The position numbers and the translations under genes were made by a program. 64,000 bases of DNA from Takakia lepidozioides (lineage: Eukaryota > Plantae > Bryophyta): contig CM060732.1 of NCBI GenBank assembly GCA_030704615.1, positions 14,012,001-14,076,000 of the forward strand. The letters are read 5' to 3'. Positions within the stretch are counted from its first letter, which is position 1; every line of letters begins with the position of its first letter. The notes beneath the pieces are model-generated. The model had not been told where the DNA came from and searched no databases. It saw nothing but the letters and a program-made list of their open reading frames with translations. Shown here piece by piece: positions 36,844-52,294 of this stretch.

Positions 36844-38160
36844 TGTTTTTATCTTTACTAGGGGTATGTGCGAGTACACATAGAACCCAGTTTATTATAG
36901 CTTATAGGATCTTATAAGCTTGTCTTCAGTCCCAGGGTTCTAAACAGTTTAGAATTCAGTATGCAAATTCAGGGCCGAGTCTTTGGTTTGGTTCGTCTTG
37001 GATATCTTTTAAGATATCTACAAGGACTTAACTTAACCATCCCTAAGATGCTACAATTACCCTACACTGCAAAGGTTTCGCTTTATGAGGCCAAAGAAAG
37101 AGTGAGAGATTACCGAGGCAACATGACATCATGTGTTGGCAAAAGCACAACCCAATGCGTGCATGAACCCAATGCGCACTACTACATTAGCATTGAATCC
37201 AATCTAGTCATCTGCAAAGGGCAAATAGAGACAACTCTGCTAGATGACTTAGTACAGTGAGAGATAAATGCAGCTTCGAGGGGTGATGGTGGTAGCAACC
37301 TGAATGCACAATACAACATTTGTGCGAGGCTTTGAGCTCTTAAACCGCATACCTCTTCTGCACGGCAACATACTGACCCTTGATACTGAGAATAGAAAAC
37401 GGACAAATAAAACTAAACTCCTAACCAAGCCCATGAAATGCCCTCACACACAAAGGCAGAATTTACCTCAGGATCAGATGTATCATGCCATTAAACTGCC
37501 CCTTAATGCCGTAAACAACCTGAAAACGAGGATCAAAATTTGGTTATTTTAGAGGTGATTTGGTATCTTCCTAGTACTTCCCACACTAGTGCAACAAGGT
37601 CTGGAAACTAGCACATACTGTAACATGTAGACCATAGGTCTACATGTACCATGATGGTCATTCATGGACGAAGATGAAACATATCCATGTTGTTACTTCA
37701 AGGTACCAATGCACAGTATCCTTATAGAGTGCAAGTATAAAGAAAGTAGGGCTCCAGTAGATCTGTCACTTGATGATTGGCAGCCAAGCCCGGCCCTCTT
37801 GGAAAAGTGTTCATTCCAACGCTTCTCCTCATCTCTGTTATCTGTTTTTGGATACATCGGCATAAACTTGTCAAAGTCACCCCAAACCACCACGGATCCA
37901 CCCAACGAGCTAACTTACAGAATTCATCATAGGTAATCTCGTGCTTGAAATTTGGCCCTCTTGAATTGGATGAATCTGGACCCACACTCTATCCCTGCTC
38001 CTTCAGCTTTCAGTACTGCCTCTGCACAAATCATGCATACATCCTTGCCTTGCTGCTAGCAGCTGACAATGACAGCCTACATTTGTTCTAGGAAACACCC
38101 AACTCAACTTCTCACACTAGTTCCTATGCTTAATTGCATCTGCTACTCTCTGTAATCCAA

Positions 38161-39120
38161 CACCGTTGGCCCAAGTGTCCAATGTCATCTAAGCCCAAGT
38201 GCAATCCCCTATGTATCAAAGTGCGTCTCCTATGTCGAGGCCCAAATGCAACCTCTAGGGAGCCTTTGCCGTTGGCCCAAGTGTCCAGTGTCATCTAAGC
38301 CCGAGTGCAATCCCCTATGTATCGAAGTGCGTCTCCTATGTCGAGGCCCAAATGTAACCTCTAGGGTAGCCTTTGCCGTTGGTCCAAGTGTCCAATGTCA
38401 TCTAAGTAAGTTTTTTTCCACAGAGCCTACGACCAGATTTGAACCGGAGACCTTTCCCTTGATATCTCTCCCGTCGAGGCTCCAACCATTGTCCTAGGAA
38501 TGCCCACTTTGCCAATTTTGCTATTTTTTGTGAATTTTCAGCGACCAAAAGTACTTGGAATTCCATACACCGCAGCTCCAAAAGTCATGAGACCAAGCCG
38601 GTACACCCCTCCTCCTCGAAGGCTTTCCAACAGTACTAAGCACCAGCGTCGGGGCCTCGCGGTTTGGGACATCTCAACGTGACAAAACAAAACAAAACAA
38701 AACAAACGTTTTGCTTCATAGATTGCGTCTCCTATGTCGAGGCCCAAATGTAACCTCTAGGGTAGCCTTTGCCGTTGGCCCAAGTGTCCAATGTCATCTA
38801 AGTAAGTTTTTTTTCACAGAGCCTACGACCAGATTTGAACCGGAGACCTTTCCCTTGATATCTCTCCCCTCGAGGCTCCAACCATTGTCCCAGGAATGCC
38901 CACTTTGCCATTTTTGCTATTTTTTGTGAATTTCCAGCAACCAAAAGTACTTGGAATTCCATATCTCCCACACCGCAGCTCCAAAAGTCATGAGATCAAG
39001 CCGGTGCACCCCTCCTCCTCGAAGGCTTTCCAACGGTACCAAGCACCAGCATCGGAGCCTCGTGGCTTGGGACATCTCAACGTGACAAAACAAAACAAAA
39101 CAAAACACACGTCTTGCTTC
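38161..39120 (-). mobile_element. Helitron-like repeat family, third block, with an internal ~400-bp duplication
   Basis: Same units as 9805-11470; about 38325-38720 is duplicated at about 38724-39120. Confidence 0.65.
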
Positions 39121-39965
39121 TTGCACGGAGTCTCTCGGCATTTTTTTTTTTGGCGAATTTTCGCCAAATGGCGACCTCAAAAAATAGAAAAGAATATTCC
39201 GTAGCAAATTCCATGTTTTTTCATGGATGAAATCGCCAAATTTCTCCAAAAATAATAATAATAATGGATGAATTCGCCAAATATGGATGATATGAATGGA
39301 TGAAATTACGGATGTGGATGATTCTGTCCTAATTTGAATGGATGAACAGAATATATGCCTAATCTCTGCAAAAACTCTGTAGCCACTCGTGCTATTTTCC
39401 GAATTTAAAAAAAAAACTCTGGCACGGACCATAAACGTCCTATATTTATTGTTTTTAAATTACCTAATTACATTCCTTGCTACCAACATATATCATCATT
39501 ACTCTAATAGGTAGTCACTAGTCACCATAAGGAGAAGCCATTGCGCGCGCGACGACCCGCTTGTTAGACCACCAGATCTCGTCGTCTCCCTCGCAGTGTA
39601 AGTTAGATCGGTTTGGTGTGCAGTTCAAGGCAGGGATGGAACACCGAACAGATGTTCGTGTCTCGCAAAGTTGTTTGAAAAGCAGACGTGCGAATCGCAT
39701 TCAAGTGTCAGTCATTCTGCACCCCCCCGTGATACTAAGCTGCCCTAAGCCAAGACTACCCATCTTTCCTTTTCTTTCCACAGTGACGCACTGCATGCTA
39801 CAATAAAATGTGTGGAAACGAGGGTACACGACAAATTAACAATTTGGCCGGCATTCACCCTGGTTAGGGTTTATAAACCTGGCAAAAATCCAGTTGTGGG
39901 AGAGACGGTGGAGTTCGCCTGTCATGCGAACGCATCAGCCCCACAGCCCTGACTTGTCTCCGGCT

Positions 39966-42466
<2,501 letters not shown>

Positions 42467-44435
42467 ATCGTGGTTTGGATTTTAGCTATTTTTGGCATCT
42501 TGGTGAGTTACCAAACCTAACGAGTACTGAACTTGAGTGATGATGGAGTAGTTTTGTTGAACTTAGTAGACCTGGATTTGAATCAGTGATTTTGGCTTGA
42601 GAGATTTCAGTTATGGACAAGAACCATTGAGGTTCTTGTGTGACCCATGGAAATCACCTATTTTGAATGAGAGAGGATCTTATTATACTATCGTACATGC
42701 ACAGCCATCGGCCTTCACAAAAGGAAGTGAGAATATCAAGGGTTTGTTACAGGTGTAACGAACGTGGATCTGTCAACGAACGTGGATCTGAACGTGGATC
42801 TGTCAATGAACGCGGATCCTTCCAGGGCATGGGTATCTTGTCTTAGTACAATCTTTACTCTCAATACTGTGAGATGGGAGGCAGAGTGAGACACATCCAA
42901 TATCAGCTGGAAAGGAGTTCACCTATGGTCTAGAACAGGAGGGAGGAAGGGTGTTTTAAGTGGGTCTAACTTATCCCATGTCTCTTAAGTACCCGTTTGG
43001 CTGCAAGAGCTGCCGCTTCTTTTGCATGCAAGCTGTTATAAGCCATTAGGTTGGAAAACTCGTGCTGTATCTCCTCCTCAACTCTTGTGCGGGTTTCACT
43101 GAATGAGTTTTCTGCCACATCTGGTGATCCTCTGCACCAACACAGAGGATTGCCTGCACCAACACCAGCACCTTCCTTCTTCTGCCCTTTCTTTGTGCCA
43201 TGAATCTCATAGGGTGCAGGTTCAAATCCTGTACAGGCAGAGGATGGACCATGATCTCTCTCTCTCTCTCTCTCTCTCTAATCTTGGGTAGAATATTTCA
43301 GGTGGGATAAAAATGATTTTTTCCTATGTATATCCTGAAATTGACAAGTAGACACCTGCTGCAAAATTCATTCCCTGGCCTACTGCCTTGTGGATTTATT
43401 GTCCATGTGCTGGTTTAAATTTAGGGGTTCAGAACCCTAACCCTGCAATTTAGTGCTCATTTACGAACGTGGTGTAAGCTGCTACCTGAAACTATGACAG
43501 TGTCGGATACACAGCTCACCGAGCTCTGCCTTCAAGACTTTTTCACCAAGGCTGCGGCTAGCAAGATTTAAGCGCAGCCTAGCCTTCATTATGCTGGTCG
43601 AGCTTCCTTTGCAGTTTTGTGTAATATCACACCTTTACTATTACTCTTCCAATCTTTCACTTGCTTAGAAATATCATGTTGGACAGCGATAGCAGGTGTG
43701 AAGACCTGCTACTCACCTCGCGCATCCTTACTACGCGAGGGTCCTTCACTTTTCATGGATTTCTAAGGTGTAAGTTTTGCTACAGAGTACACTGGATGGA
43801 TGATGGAAATCACCTATCGCATGAGGCAGCCACTGCCTAAGAAGAATGACAGCGCTTGACGACAGCCTCAGGTTTCCTTGAGGGAAGTATTTTACGGAAG
43901 TAATCTGCCCTTGGGACCTGTTACCAGAAGGTTCTGAAGACCTATCTTGACTTGGATCAATCTCAGTCTACAGATCAGCTGAGTGGTTCATTTTGAATAC
44001 TGTGCTTGCTTTGTTTTAAGACATGGAAGTACACCCCTTTTGGGCTATGGTGGAAGACTTGGTTTTTCTCAGTTTTGAGATGTGCGATTTTCAGGGAAGT
44101 ATTCATTTTGACGCTACTTTGATGAAACCGAATTATGACCTGCTAAAAAGCACGAATTTCGGCTTTCTGGAAATCCCAGTGTGACAGTATAGTGAATACG
44201 AATGTCAGTATGATGTCTGTCACTAAGAAGAAAGGTGGGGGGTTTTGAAGGGTTTCTAACAAACCCCACCACCCACCCCGATCACCCAGAGGTGTGAAAC
44301 AAATCAGGAGCAAGCCTGTGGTTTAGGAGAAGGGTGATGGTGCCTTGCAATGCGAGGCTGTTTTGTCTTAGTTTTTAAAAAAAAAGCCTTTCTGATCTGG
44401 TCAAGTCCTTTCTTGTCATGACAAGACAAGCCCTA

Positions 44436-44473
<38 letters not shown>

Positions 44474-44935
44474 GGTTTCTGCACCTCTGTCCACCAACTT
44501 TCAAAATCTCGAGGCCGAGCCTAAAGCCTTGGACCTGTCGAGGTCTAACTTTTGGGCTGCTCGCACACAGCAGATTGATGCTTGTGTGAAGGGCTTTCTA
44601 GAATTCTCACCAGAGTACTCTCTTCAGGAACATCAAGAACATTGTACCTGTACCTCCATTCACCAACTTTGAAAATCTTGAGGCTGAGCCTAAAGCCTTG
44701 GCCCTGTCTGGGTCTAATGACTGGGCAGCTCACACACGGCAAGTTGATGCTTGTGTAAAGGGCTTCCTAGAGGATATCTGGAAAACCCCCAATTAATTGT
44801 CTTTATCATGGTTCGTCACACTACTGGAGTGAGCCCCTCATAAAGGTAGTTTCTGTTCCCTTTTGTTTTTCCCAAACTCGGCGTGGGTCTATGGCCACAA
44901 GGCTACCGCAAAGAGCATCTTATGAGTACATTCTT
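44474..44935 (+). mobile_element. Two diverged 3'-end fragments of the same LINE family as 45730-48485, in opposite orientation
   Basis: NFQNLEAEPKAL..NFWA..TQQIDACVKGFLE is repeated twice and ends GGCCACAAGGCTAC...CTTATGAGTACATTC. It follows a (TC)n(AC)n microsatellite. Confidence 0.8.
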
Positions 44936-45729
44936 TCTCTGCTCCTGGGGTCTAGAGCAGGAACTCAGCATTGCTTGATATCAATACCCGCTGAATTCTT
45001 GTCAGCCAGATTATGGTTGGGTGTGGGGAACTGCTAAGGCATATTGGCAAGCCATGGCAATAAATCCTTAGGCAACACAGTATTGGGTGAATATCTGCAC
45101 TGGAGAGGCCCCGTTCCAGTGCTCATTCTGCTCAAGTTTTGGGGTCTTCCTGATCCTTGATGTTTATGCATATTATTGATATTCCCCAATCTTCAAGTAA
45201 AATGCAACCCTCAAATTATTGCTTGTGCCGCATTTCCATGTCCAAGTTGTCTTAAGAAAAATCTTATTTGTGCAGATTGGTTGAAGGGCAAGCAGTGTAT
45301 CACCAGAACAGAGGAACTCTCCTGGGGAAGATGCTTACATTTGAGAGGAAAGAATGAAAGGACACATGACCTAAGATGCATAAAGAGCCTCTTCAGACAT
45401 TTGACGGTTTTCCAGGAAACCCACATGACATGCCCACACTTTGTTTACCATCTGAAGCTCCTGGAGTTGTCTCAACAGGGCAAATTGTCAGCTGTTTGTT
45501 GCCATGATCGGGCTTTGGATAGGATGACCTAGTAAGCTGGGTGTTGGTGGGATTTTCTCATGACGCAAAATATTCTCCAGTTGTCGAATCATTGGTCCTG
45601 CTCCACATTAAACACAATGACACAAATTCAAAGGTGTCTCTCAACCATCCACACAAGGCTGCTGGAAGCAAGAAAGTGCTCACATATTTGGTCACAATGG
45701 ATCCTCATGCTCTAGGATTCATAGAGAGA

Positions 45730-48485
45730 TTATACTCATAAGACGTTGTTTGCCGTAGCCTTGTGGCCATTGACCCCGCGCCCAGTTTGAGCGGGAACAA
45801 AGGGACAGAACCTACCTCTGTCAGGGGCTGACGTTGGTAGTAAGACTTACCTCCATATAAAGAATTAATCCGGGTTTTCCAGATATCCTCTAGAAATCCC
45901 TTCACACAAGCATCAATCTGCTGTGTGTGATTTGCCCAAAAACTAGGCCTCAGGAGGGCCTGGGCTTTTGGCTCAGCCTCGAGACTTTCAAAGTTGGTAA
46001 ACAGGGGTACAGGCACAATTCCCTTAATAGATTTGAAGAGAGCGTCTCTTTGGTGAGAGAACCCCGGACAGTGTATCAGAAAATGAATACTGTCTTCAGA
46101 TTGCCCACACAACGGGCAATTGCACTCTCCCTTTCCTCTCTGCTTCTGTTTGCTGTTCAAAGGTAGGCTTCCTGCCCTGAGTTTAAATTCCAGATCTCGT
46201 CGGGAGCTTAAGGACGGAATGCCAAACTCACCCCGAACAGCCACATTGGCTGTTTTGGAGCATGCTGACATACACTCCTTAAGCACCCCCACTTGAATGG
46301 ATTCTAGAGACTTAGCCTGGTTGGAGTTATCAACCCATATAGCAGATCCGTACTCCACGGCAGGTCTAATAATGCGACAACGCATGGTTTTCTTAACCTC
46401 AGAGTTGACCCCTCTGCAGTGGAAAAATTTAGTGAGCCCCAGAGCTTTGCCCTTGCCAGTTTGAATAACTTTCCGGATATGTGCATCCCAATTACAATTG
46501 GAGGAGAACTCAACGCCCAGGTAAGTGTAGGAAGGGAGGACCGGATCTCTTGGCTACCCCACTGCCACTTAAGATCACTTCCTCCCTCTCCTCTGTCGTT
46601 GAATGCTACCACTGCACATTTGCTGACATTAGCCTCTAGCCCCCAAAGATCAAAGTATCTCTTCGCGCAATCAATCAACTCCTGGAGATTGGTTGGAGTC
46701 TCCCCTATGCCTGCGAAGTCATCCGCAAACATAAGGGCTGGTATGGTGGTATCACCCACCCTTAACCCAAATCCCTCACTTTCCACATCCTCGAGGAGTT
46801 GATTGATGAAAACATTGAAGAGCAGAGGGGAGAGAGTACATCCTTGAGCTACACCTTGGTCTATGTCAAAGAAGTTGGACTTCTGTCCGTTAACAGTGAC
46901 ACAGCTTTTGGTGTGAGCATACAAGTTGTGGACAACTCTCCACATCTTTCCCTTGATCCCACAAGACCAGAGGCGGAACCATAGGCCATCTCTCCACACT
47001 GTGTCATAAGCCTTTTTGACATCCAGGAAAAAGACATAAGTGGGTTTCCCTTCTTTTTTCCTTCCCTGGATAATCTGGCTAGAGTGAAGATATGATCCAC
47101 ACAGCCCCTGTTTCGCCGAAAGCCAGCTTGGCCTTCGTGGAAACAACCTCTAGACTCCAGATCAACCTCGAGACGAGTACTTATAACTCTGCAGAATGTC
47201 TTGCCAACAGCATTGAGGAGCGTGATGCCACGGTAGTTCCCCGGTTCTTCTCTGTCACCCTTCTTGTATAGATTGACAATGACCCCCTGTCGCCAGCGAA
47301 AGGGGATCATTTCAGTCTTCCAGATAAGGTTAAAGAGGAGAACTAGGGCCTCTATCATGGGATCGCCACCGTGCTTGATAAGGTCGTTGACAATACCATC
47401 AGGTCCACCAGCTTTATATCCATTTAAATGTTCAATTGCTTCCACAATCTCAGAAGAACTAATGGGAGCATTATAAGCCATTGAAATATACTCCAGTTCA
47501 TCAGGGCTGTTTTGAATCATAGGAACAGTTTTTCCAACTGTGTCCCTCCATTCAGCAGAAGACCCCTCACTGTTAGCTGACAAGGATACTGTAGTGAGTG
47601 TCAGAGGTTTTGACAATGTCAACCGATGAAGTCACCACTGCACCTTTAGTAGTCTTCAGCGCTTGTACTTGCTGACCGTTTTCGGCTTGTACAAACGTTG
47701 AAGGGCCAACCAGAATTTCTTGTCATTACCACCATGGTGGTTTGAGTTTATTTCACTGTATAACTTGTCCCAGTATAATTTCTTCTGAGACCTAACAAGC
47801 TGATTGATATCTTTACGGAGCTGGTAGTACCTCGCCCACAATTCTCTGTTGGTTTCCAAATTGCAGCACTCTTTATAGAGGGCTCGTCTCTCAGCTATCT
47901 TGAGTTTAATCTCATTAGTCCACCAATTAACTGCTCTACCGCAGACAATTAGTTTCTTCCCAATCATCTTGTCAGCCACGGAGGAAACGAAACTCTCCCA
48001 AGAGTCCACTGCTCTTTCGACTTCATTTATTGCGTTAACAGAGCGTGACTGAAGTTCTTGGAGCGATTGGACAAAATGAGGGAGAGCATCTTGCAAGTCC
48101 TGGACGTACTCAGCCTTGACCTCCTCATTGTGGAATTTTTCTATGCGCCACTTCCGAATCGAACGTTTCACAGATCTCTTGGTGGTGGGAAAACACCTTT
48201 TGATCTCAGTCCAAACCAGGAAGTGGTCAGAGGTACCAATATCAGTTCTGTCGATCAACACATTGGCACACTGGGGGAACAAAATTTTGTCCATTATGAT
48301 ATAGTCCACAATGGAACGTTCCCCAGTTTGGGGTTTCTCACGAGTCCACTGCACTTGGTCACCTCTTGTCCTGTTATTCAAGGTCAAAAGCTGAAGCTCT
48401 TCTAGACAGTTAATTAACTGTCTTCCATTAGAATTCAGCACGTCCTCACCAAAAGGTCCAATGATATCGTCCTGGTGGATCCCTT
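45730..48485 (-). mobile_element. 5'-truncated APE-RT LINE with a 12-bp target-site duplication
   Basis: APE tail SIVDYI..SDHFLV; RT motifs GPDGI, YKKGD..PGNYRGITL, QAGFR, DVKKAYDTV, GVAQGCTLSPLLF, FADD; C-terminal CPLC..HFLIHC. TSD TTCATAGAGAGA is at 45718-45729 and 48486-48497; several frameshifts. Confidence 0.93.
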
Positions 48486-51400
48486 TTCATAGAGAGAGAG
48501 AATAACAGAGGAGTTTAGGAAGACACTCACTAAGGATGGTCCCCATGCAGTTGTTTATCATTTCTTCTGGCAACTGGAGAATGTATTCCGGAACACCAGA
48601 TCCAACCAGGAACTGTGACACCTCATTTGAAAAGTGATTGCAGTTGTGACTTATAAGGTTGTAGGTCTCCTGGGTGTAGCATGGTTGAATATCTTGCAAA
48701 ATCTTCAAGTAGCTCTTTTGGCACCTGGGTGTATCCCAACTGTTCAACCTTTACTGGTGATCCATGAGGGCTCTGGCCTTTGGGTACGTTTTTAATGCCC
48801 CCACCAAAATAGTACTCGCGGCCATAAACTCCCACACCAGTATGCCTGTATGGCATAGAACACAAAAGCAAAAATGCAGTTTACAGAGACAGAGACATTG
48901 CGTGATACTGCTGTTTAAGTTAACCTTAAGAGAGCAGATCAGAAGTTTCCTGCTCCAGAACACATGTGACACAGGCAATCTCAACTGCAGATACTAAGAT
49001 GTTAAGATGTGTACCATATCCCCTCAATCACCCTTCCCAAATAAGTGGTGGAAAGCTTGAGTGCCAGGCCATGGCTTAAATCATAGATGTAAAGGACCAC
49101 TTTCTGTTCTCCTCCATAAAACACATACAATCTGAATTAGGTTTCTGGTAACCAAGGGAGCAACAGATGATTCAGTGTCTACCCTCAACTCAATTCAAGC
49201 TACCTAGTCTGATGCAACACTCTGGGACAGTGCCCACAAGACCATAAACATTGCTGTGTGTGGATACTCATTTCTATCTGCTGCTGTGTCTCAGGTACTA
49301 AATTTTATGCTGACATGTTAAAATCATCACAGAGAGGTTGATCGGCAACATCATGTTTGATGCCAATGCCAATGACTAGGATCCTTAGAAGGAAAGAAAG
49401 GCTTGCCAGCAGTGAGCGACAAAAGGATTACTCAATACAACTGGTATAGCTGCTGTCTGCCGTTGGACTATCCAAATCTTTCTATGTCAAAGTGAACAGC
49501 CCTAGAAAGTTCCTCTCGCCAATCAATGCTGTCTGCTGTCACATTCACTGCTATATTTTCAGCTTCGCAAGCAATCCATATTAGTTCTCATGTTGGAAAC
49601 CAGCAGTAAGGAATTCTGTGAGTGTATGTATGAGGGGGGGGGGGGGGGGAGATTGGGGGAGAGGGAGGAAAAAAGACAAAGGAGAGTTTTTTTGTAAAGA
49701 ATTTGTAAAAATCATACCACCGATTGTCTGGAGAAGCATGACCCACAGCCCTGAGAAAAACATTTACCCTTCACAGAGGGAGATTTCCTGAAGATTAGAG
49801 CCAATGTACCCAATGTCAAGAACTAAACAACGAATCAGGAGACCCTTAGTCAACCATGGGAACCAAACTAGAAAATACACAGCGGACTGAATACAGCCTG
49901 TTTTGGCCTCTGCCTTTGCATGTCATAAAGGTTACTTTCTCCCTCCCTCCCCCCATGACTACAAGTCTATGTCTCGCCAAATTACTTCACACCAAACAAT
50001 TCATTACTGGGCACATAGATCTCTCTCCATTTTGTGAAGGGTGGCCTAAAAGGGAAGATATGAACCTGTCGAATGGAACCCTGATCCCTACAACAGTCCA
50101 TGCAAAGGGCTTGCATATAACAGCATTCTGTTTAGGTAGGAGCAAAGATCCACACACTCAGTAGACAGCCCCTTGTCTTGGGATAAGAAAAGAGTAAGAC
50201 CATATGTTTTTCTCCTTCTCCGTCTCTACGACCCGGAAGACAAACAGAGAACAGAGTTAAGTGTCTACCGCAGAACTAAAATTTACATGTGGGGCATGAG
50301 CGTTTTGCTTCCTTGTTCAGAACATATTAGGGTACATTGTGTAAAGAATTGAAGGATCCAACTGCTTTCTTACGCACATGAGAGACCCGCTTCAATTTGA
50401 GAGTGAGAAAGGCTCTTGCGAGTCGCAGCGGTATAGCCATCAGGGGGGGCCAACGGTGGTTGCTAATCCCATTTACCAACTCCTGAGTGATTCTGGGACA
50501 CATTATTAACAAGCATTGGCCCACATGACAACAAAAGACTGTAACTTGATACTGGGACATAATTTGGTTTCTTACGCTGGAAAATTCATATGGCGCACGG
50601 TGGTTATGTTCCAAGAGAAAAACCTCAACACCCACAATGAGATTTGGGGTCGATGCCTACTGTTGTGCGTTGTTACTTATCGAATTGGCTAGCCTTGTGC
50701 GAAAGCCATATAGAACGCAACCTGCTTCCTCACCTCAGAAAACTTGTTGCTGCAAATGTATGTGGAATTAAGACCAGCAGTGAAAGCTTGAAACGACCCA
50801 GATCGCATTGTATTTGGAGAAAAATTAAAAAAAATCCATGAATTCAACTGTATTTGATGTAGGAATGCAAGGAGGTGTCTTCATCGAAGATTCACTGGCC
50901 GCTCCAAATTGCGAGAATTGCAAAACACGCGATGAGAGAGAGCACCCGTTCCGGTCCCAATGGATGAATCAATAGATGAATGAATACCCTCGACAGTTCA
51001 TCCATTAGGGCCTCCGTTCACATCCAGGCTCTCATTTTGCATCGTATCCTTCCGTACAATGGGCACTATATCCCAGACAAACGGGATAGTGTCGGGGCAG
51101 CCCCGCCTGCCACCTGCCCGCTGCGCCACGTCCTCTACGCCACGCTGGCGCACAAGCCCTCCTGCGGGACCGCCCTGCTACCCGCCCCTCTGCGCCACGC
51201 GGGCGCACAAGCTACGGGCACTCCTTGCCACGACACTATCACCTATGCTGCGGGACCCGCTGCCGCATACACTACCTCACAAATATATGGCTCTGAGGCC
51301 AACTTATAGAAGATATATGCTATTGCCAAATAGTGACTATCTTACAAGTGTCTATTTTTCTGGTTTTATATGTGCATATTAATATCTTTGATACATGGAA

Positions 51401-52294
51401 GTATATAGAAAACCTAATTATAGTGTGTGTGTGTGTTTTTCTTTTTTCTTGGGGAAGGGGATGATATCCTGAAATATAACGAGAAATTACATTTTTTTTT
51501 AAAAAGGATAGATTGTACTAAATCTATCTTAAAATAGATATATGAGTGATATAATTACTATTTAAAATGAACTTGATATACATGAGTAATTCTATATATG
51601 AGTAATATTTTTATATATTGTTCAACAAGTTTTGTTTTGTTTCTAAACAACTATGAAAGAGAGACATTATGTTTTGACATATAGGATTGTTTACATGTTC
51701 ATTAGATATTGACGCAACATGTGCCACTAGTAGATAAAAATTGATGACCATACGTAACACATGTACTCTTGCACATTTTAACAATAGTATATATAGCTCA
51801 CACTTAAGATGTATATTTTACATCCCACTAAAATTAGGCCATACACTTTTGAAAATGTATAAAATATCAACATCAAATGTAATACAAGCCTAGTCAAATG
51901 ACCCAGTTTTCATCACTTTTGCATATGGGTATGGCTACATGTATGCAAAATTGTCATACATTTTAAACCCTAAACCCTTATACATATGTTGTGTAACGTA
52001 GCACAAGCCCACTTAAATGACATTTCTAAATCCATTTTTGCACAATTTTATATATGTGTAGGGTGAGATATATGAGAATGTGATATACACTTTTGTGAAT
52101 ATGTATGAAATATCAACATCTAATGTAACACTAGGCCCCCTTAAATGACACCCTTAAACCCATTTTTGCACATTTTTCCATGTGTGTATCGCTCATTATA
52201 TGAAAATATGTCATTCAAATTGTTAATATATCTGAAATATTAACATTGAATGTATTACTAATCCTCACTTAAATGATGGCATTCCTAAAACCAC

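Larger units (their letters stand above)
42966..49131 (-). pseudogene. DESI1: DeSI1-like PPPDE peptidase gene, apparently frameshifted, with a LINE in an intron
   Basis: Exons about 49131-49015 ([22 protein letters not shown]), 48845-48531 (HTGVGVYGREYYFGGGI...YNLISHNCNHFSNEV), 45597-45529 (PMIRQLENILR), 43228-42966 (RTRVEEEIQHEFSNLMA..AKEAAALAAKRVLKRHG). The ATG at 49117 is 1 nt out of frame and there is a 2-nt frameshift in a T-run near 48700. Confidence 0.85.

Noticed and set aside
39122-39440. Possible MITE with a TGGCGAATTTTCGCCA palindrome and GGATGA repeats upstream of TAD2
   Set aside because: No convincing TIR pair or TSD could be defined.
42767-42818. Short GAACGTGGATCT tandem repeat between the convergent TAD2 and DeSI1 3' ends
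   Set aside because: Simple local slippage repeat with no evidence of function.
50980-51382. GC-rich ORFs upstream of DeSI1
   Set aside because: Low-complexity short repeats (GCGCCACG..GGCGCACAAGC) with no recognisable protein.
51400-52290. AT-rich block with a short TAAACCC telomere-like run and degenerate repeats
   Set aside because: Only about two telomeric units; likely TE-internal sequence with no supportable boundaries.
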